From Hyaloraphidium curvatum SAG 235-1 (taxonomy: Eukaryota; Fungi; Monoblepharomycota): a DNA stretch of 64,000 nt. The notes beneath the pieces are model-generated. The model made no database searches. It saw only the letters and a program-made list of their open reading frames with translations, and had not been told where the DNA came from. This document shows, one piece after another, positions 60,550-64,000 of this stretch. The translations under genes were made by a program, and so were the position numbers. The first letter of the stretch is position 1; each line of letters starts with the position of its first letter. Where the stretch lies: NCBI GenBank assembly GCA_025558095.1, contig JAIVFI010000036.1, forward strand, positions 124,001 through 188,000. Reading direction: 5' to 3'.

Positions 60550-60754
60550 TGATCGTGGGCTCGAACTCCTTGATGCTAAGAGCCCAGAGCCAGGTCTCCA
60601 TGTTCCACTCGCGGCCTAGTGCTTCGTGCTTCGCACGGTTCATTTGCGCGCTCGGAAAAGCCTGGGGGTGACCGGGTTTTTGGAGGCTTCTGGGCGCGAC
60701 TGATTTTGCATGGGCACGACCGGATTTACTGGGCGTGACCGGTTAATCCTGGGC

Positions 60755-60787
60755 TATTCTATTCTATTCTATTCTATTCTATTCTAT
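60755..60787 (+). repeat. (TATTC)n microsatellite
   Basis: About 6 perfect units. Confidence 0.9.
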
Positions 60788-60789
60788 CC

Positions 60790-61470
60790 ACATCACTGAA
60801 ATGCCCATGTTTGGAGGCACCCACATCAAGGCCTGCGGTGACTTTTACCAGCTACCGCCCGTGGGGGCCACCTCATTGGCCAAAGCGGCACCTGCAGAGC
60901 AAGGGAAATCGCTCGCCCTGGTTCAGGGCCGTCTTCTGTGGGTGTCCTTCTTTGCAGATTGCACAGCTCTGCGGCAGAATTGCCGGTCACAGGATCCCAG
61001 ACTCACGGGCCTTCTGGAAGCCATGCCCACTGTCCCAAAACCGGGAGCCACGAGAAACAACGTGACTGACCACCAAGTTGACCTTGTCAATGGCCAAGCA
61101 CTTGGGCTCGCAAGATACCCTGCCCCGCATCCGCGAGAAGGAAGACTGATACGCGTGTCAGACGAACGTTATTACCGTGACTTCAGCGTGCTCACGTACA
61201 CCAACCTTGCCAAGGAGGCGTTTGCCATGGACGGAGTGTTTGCATTTGTGACATTGCTTGACGGTGTTCCTGGTCAAAGCTATGGACAAGCCCTACGAAG
61301 ACCACCCAGCGTTCACTCCCGTGGAAGAGCTCCGCCTTCTTGCAGTGTCGGATTGTCGGATGGTGATCTTGGCTACCACTTGGTTTTTTTGCCTTTGGGT
61401 TGCCTTTGGTGATTGGGCATCGGTATTTCCTGCGTGCCAATTTGGCCACCTCTGTGGGGGCCACCAATGA
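60790..61470 (+). pseudogene. PIF1/Helitron-type SF1B helicase fragment
   Basis: PMFGGTHIKACGDFYQLPPVG (motif III) and LRQNCRSQD (motif IV-like); lacks Walker A/B and degenerates downstream. Confidence 0.75.
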
Positions 61471-62556
61471 AGAATAGTAGAAGAATAGTATTGGTGACCC
61501 GGACCTGCCCCTGGCTTGGCCGCTGTTACACCATGAGTTTGCTGCTAATTGCAAAGTTCATCGTCGTCGTGTGTCTTTTTCATTTTCCCAGTTTTCCTGT
61601 CCTTCATGGACTTTGAGATGAAGCTGGCAATGGAGTTGAGGGCCTTCTCCTTCTGCCGCCTCGCTTTGATCGTGGGCTCGAACTCCTTGATGCTAAGAGC
61701 CCAGAGCCAGGTCTCCATGTTCCACTCGCGGCCTAGTGCTTCCAATCTAGTCTGCAGCTTCTGGCGACGCTCCGCATTTGCTGAACAGTGAAACAGAAAG
61801 TGTTGCTCGTCTCCAATGTGCTCAGGGTCATGCTTGCACGTTCTCTGCTGCACCTCAAGTCCTTGGTGCCTGCCTGTCTCCACCTCCAGGTCGTGGGTAG
61901 AGCACAGCAACTTTTGGACATCCCTCCGGTGCTTCTCCACCCGGATCAGGGATGGTCCGATGTGGCCAAAGGTCATGTCACACATCCTCCAAAAGTGCAG
62001 TTTGTCGTTGTCCTTGAGCCTCTGGGCATTGATCTCCCTGAACTTGCCCTTCACAAGATTCTCCACAGTCTCCTTGGGCCATGAGAAAGTGTCCTTCTCC
62101 CACATCTCCCTCCCATCTTCGCTGCCATAGTATACAAGTAGTTCCCTCAGGAAGGCAGCCCAGTTCCAGGACCCCTTCAGTGCCTCGATCTTGAGCTCTT
62201 TGTAAAGTAGGTACAGCGCAGGATCCGCTGTTTTGATGCGCATGAGGAACTTGAGTGCCGACTCGTGGTCATGAACTGCAAGGGGGTACTGGCCAGTGAT
62301 CGCATACAGACAGGCCAGTGGGTAGACTTGGGCAGATGAGTGACGGCACGAAGAGCCATGCATGTCACTTTGTCCCTGGTGCTTTCCCCGGCAAGGTACT
62401 CCTCCTTCGGCATCTCCACAATGAACGGGTTCCCATATTGGCCCACTGCCTTGACCTTTGTGTTGTAGAGCTTGAGCTGGAGGTCAGGACTCATCCCAGG
62501 CTGCTCCCTGATGTCACGGAGCCAGAGCCCATAAGCACCGTTCATCTTGGCCTCTC
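61470..62556 (-). mobile_element. 5'-truncated LINE copy (3' ~1.1 kb, including C-terminal CCHC region)
   Basis: LEVETGRH...RTCKH...GDEQHFLFHC; uninterrupted at all three insertion sites seen in the other copy. Confidence 0.85.
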
Positions 62557-62893
62557 TAGAAAAATCATTTACGCAACCGAAAAGTCCTGGGCGCGACCGG
62601 CTACAGCCGTTTTGCTCCTGTGCGTGACCCGCTATTTCCCTTGCGCGACTTTTGCCTCATGGGCGTGACCGGTAAATTGAAAGTGATCATTGAGTCCCGC
62701 CGCGCGCTTTTATCAGGGGCTGGGGAGCGTTTCCGATTATGTGGGGACGGTCACGGGCTATGGAGCCGGTCGCGCCCAGGAATACAGGGTCACGCCCAGG
62801 AATGCCGGTCACGCCCATGAGCTACCGGTCACGCCCAAAATCCGAAAAAGACCGGTCACCCCCAGTAAATTAAGGGCGCGTAAATAGGGAATG

Positions 62894-64000
62894 CTAGTGC
62901 TTCCAATCTAGTCTGCAGCTTCTGGCACCGCTCCGCATTTGCTGAACAGTGAAACAGAAAGTGTTGCTCGTCTCCAATGTGCTCAGGGTCATGCTTGCAC
63001 GTTCTCTGCTGTACCTCAAGTCCTTGGTGCCTGCCTGTCTCCGCCTCCAGGTCGTGGGTAGAGCACAGCAACTTTTGGACATCCCTCCGGTGCTTCTCCA
63101 CCCGGATCAAGGATGGTCTGTTAGACCACTGGACTAAAGAGAAGGTACCACGTCTCTGGCCCAAGTGGTCTGACGTCTAAGAGCATGTCACCATAGGGAA
63201 CCAACATGGTCCGATGTGGCCAAAGGTCATGTCACACATCCTCCAAAAGTGCAGTTTGTCGTTGTCCTTGAGCCTCTGGGCATTGATCTCCCTGAACTTG
63301 CCCTTCACAAGATTCTCCACAGTCTCCTTGGGCCATGAGAAAGTGTCCTTCTCCCACATCTCCCTCCCATCTTCGCTGCCATAGTATACAAGTAGTTCCC
63401 TCAGGAAGGCAGCCCAGTTCCAGGACCCCTTCAGTGCCTCGATCTTGAGCTCTTTGTAAAGTAGGTACAGCGCAGGATCCGCTGTTTTGATGCGCATGAG
63501 GAACTTGAGTGCCGACTCGTGGTCATGAACTGCAAGGGGGTACTGGCCAGTGATCGCATACAGACAAGCCAGGGAGGTAGACTTGGGCAAATGAGTGACG
63601 GCACGAAGAGCCATGCATGTCACTTTGTCCCTGGTGCTTTCCCCGGCAAGGTACTCCTCCTTCGGCATCTCCAAAATGAACGGGTTCCCATATTGGCCCA
63701 CTGCCTTGACCTTTGTGTTGTAGAGCTTGAGCTGGAGGTCAGGACTCATCCCAGGCTGCTCCCTGATGTCACGGAGCCAGAGCCCATAAGCAGCGTTCAT
63801 CTTGGCCTCTCTGCCATGCACATGGTCCTTGCTCCGGCCGGTTGAGGTCAGCTGATACCCCAGAAGCTTGAAGCTGTCAACCCTCTTCAGCTCCTGGTCC
63901 GTAGCCTGTACATGACCTTTACACGGTGAGGTATCCTCCTGGCCATCCACTCTGTCTTGCTGACGTTGATCTCCAGCCCATTGGCACTGGCATATGCAGA
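62894..64000 (-). mobile_element. Continuation of the interrupted LINE (runs off the window)
   Basis: Matches 61733 onward and 47275 onward. Confidence 0.9.
63119..63206. mobile_element. 88-bp TGTT...AACA mini-element (solo-LTR-like) with 5-bp TSD TGGTC
   Basis: TGGTC at 63114-63118 and 63207-63211; the empty site GATGGTCCGATG is at ~61951. Confidence 0.8.

Larger units (their letters stand above)
60626..62893. mobile_element. MULE/foldback-like non-autonomous DNA element with repeat-rich imperfect TIRs and cargo
   Basis: The host LINE sequence CTAGTGCTTC is duplicated at 60616-60625 and 62894-62903. The ~125-bp ends are built from GGGCGTGACCGG-like motifs in inverted orientation. Confidence 0.65.

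Noticed and set aside
60660-60755. Regularly spaced GGGCGTGACCGG repeats as a CRISPR-like array
   Set aside because: Eukaryotic context, 12-bp repeats with ~8-bp spacers, inverted at the other end, and no cas genes; better explained as transposon subterminal repeats.
60790-61470. Autonomous Helitron
   Set aside because: No Rep (HUH) domain, no Walker A/B, and no convincing TC...CTRR plus hairpin termini around the fragment.

Overview
This is GC-rich, gene-dense eukaryotic DNA with many short (~45-65 nt) GT-AG introns. The gene set is fungal-like, most plausibly an early-diverging (zoosporic) fungus; that taxonomy is inference only. The window has three zones. (1) 1-28.4 kb is an accessory, metabolic zone: a Mo-oxidoreductase tail, GFA, a GT-like protein, a divergent HGD, F-box, OYE, MYND, SDR, thioesterase, a glyoxalase-like::PLD fusion, glycogen branching enzyme and a beta-propeller hydrolase. 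It also holds a ~1.7 kb inverted duplication of a secreted Cys-rich gene enclosing three genes, flanked by two disrupted multi-TM paralogs resembling 7TMIC/DUF3537 proteins. (2) 28.8-45.6 kb is tightly packed housekeeping genes: NFS1, COA3, RIB1, DSN1, CYC1, MCM4, ELC1, IST1, TLS1 and RAV2. (3) 45.8-64 kb is a gene-free nest of transposons. One minus-strand LINE is interrupted three times: by a tandem Ty1/copia dimer (LTR-ORF-LTR-ORF-LTR, TSD TGATC, in-frame 336-bp internal duplication), by a MULE/foldback-like element carrying a PIF1 helicase fragment, and by an 88-bp TG..CA mini-element. Exon boundaries were inferred by eye.
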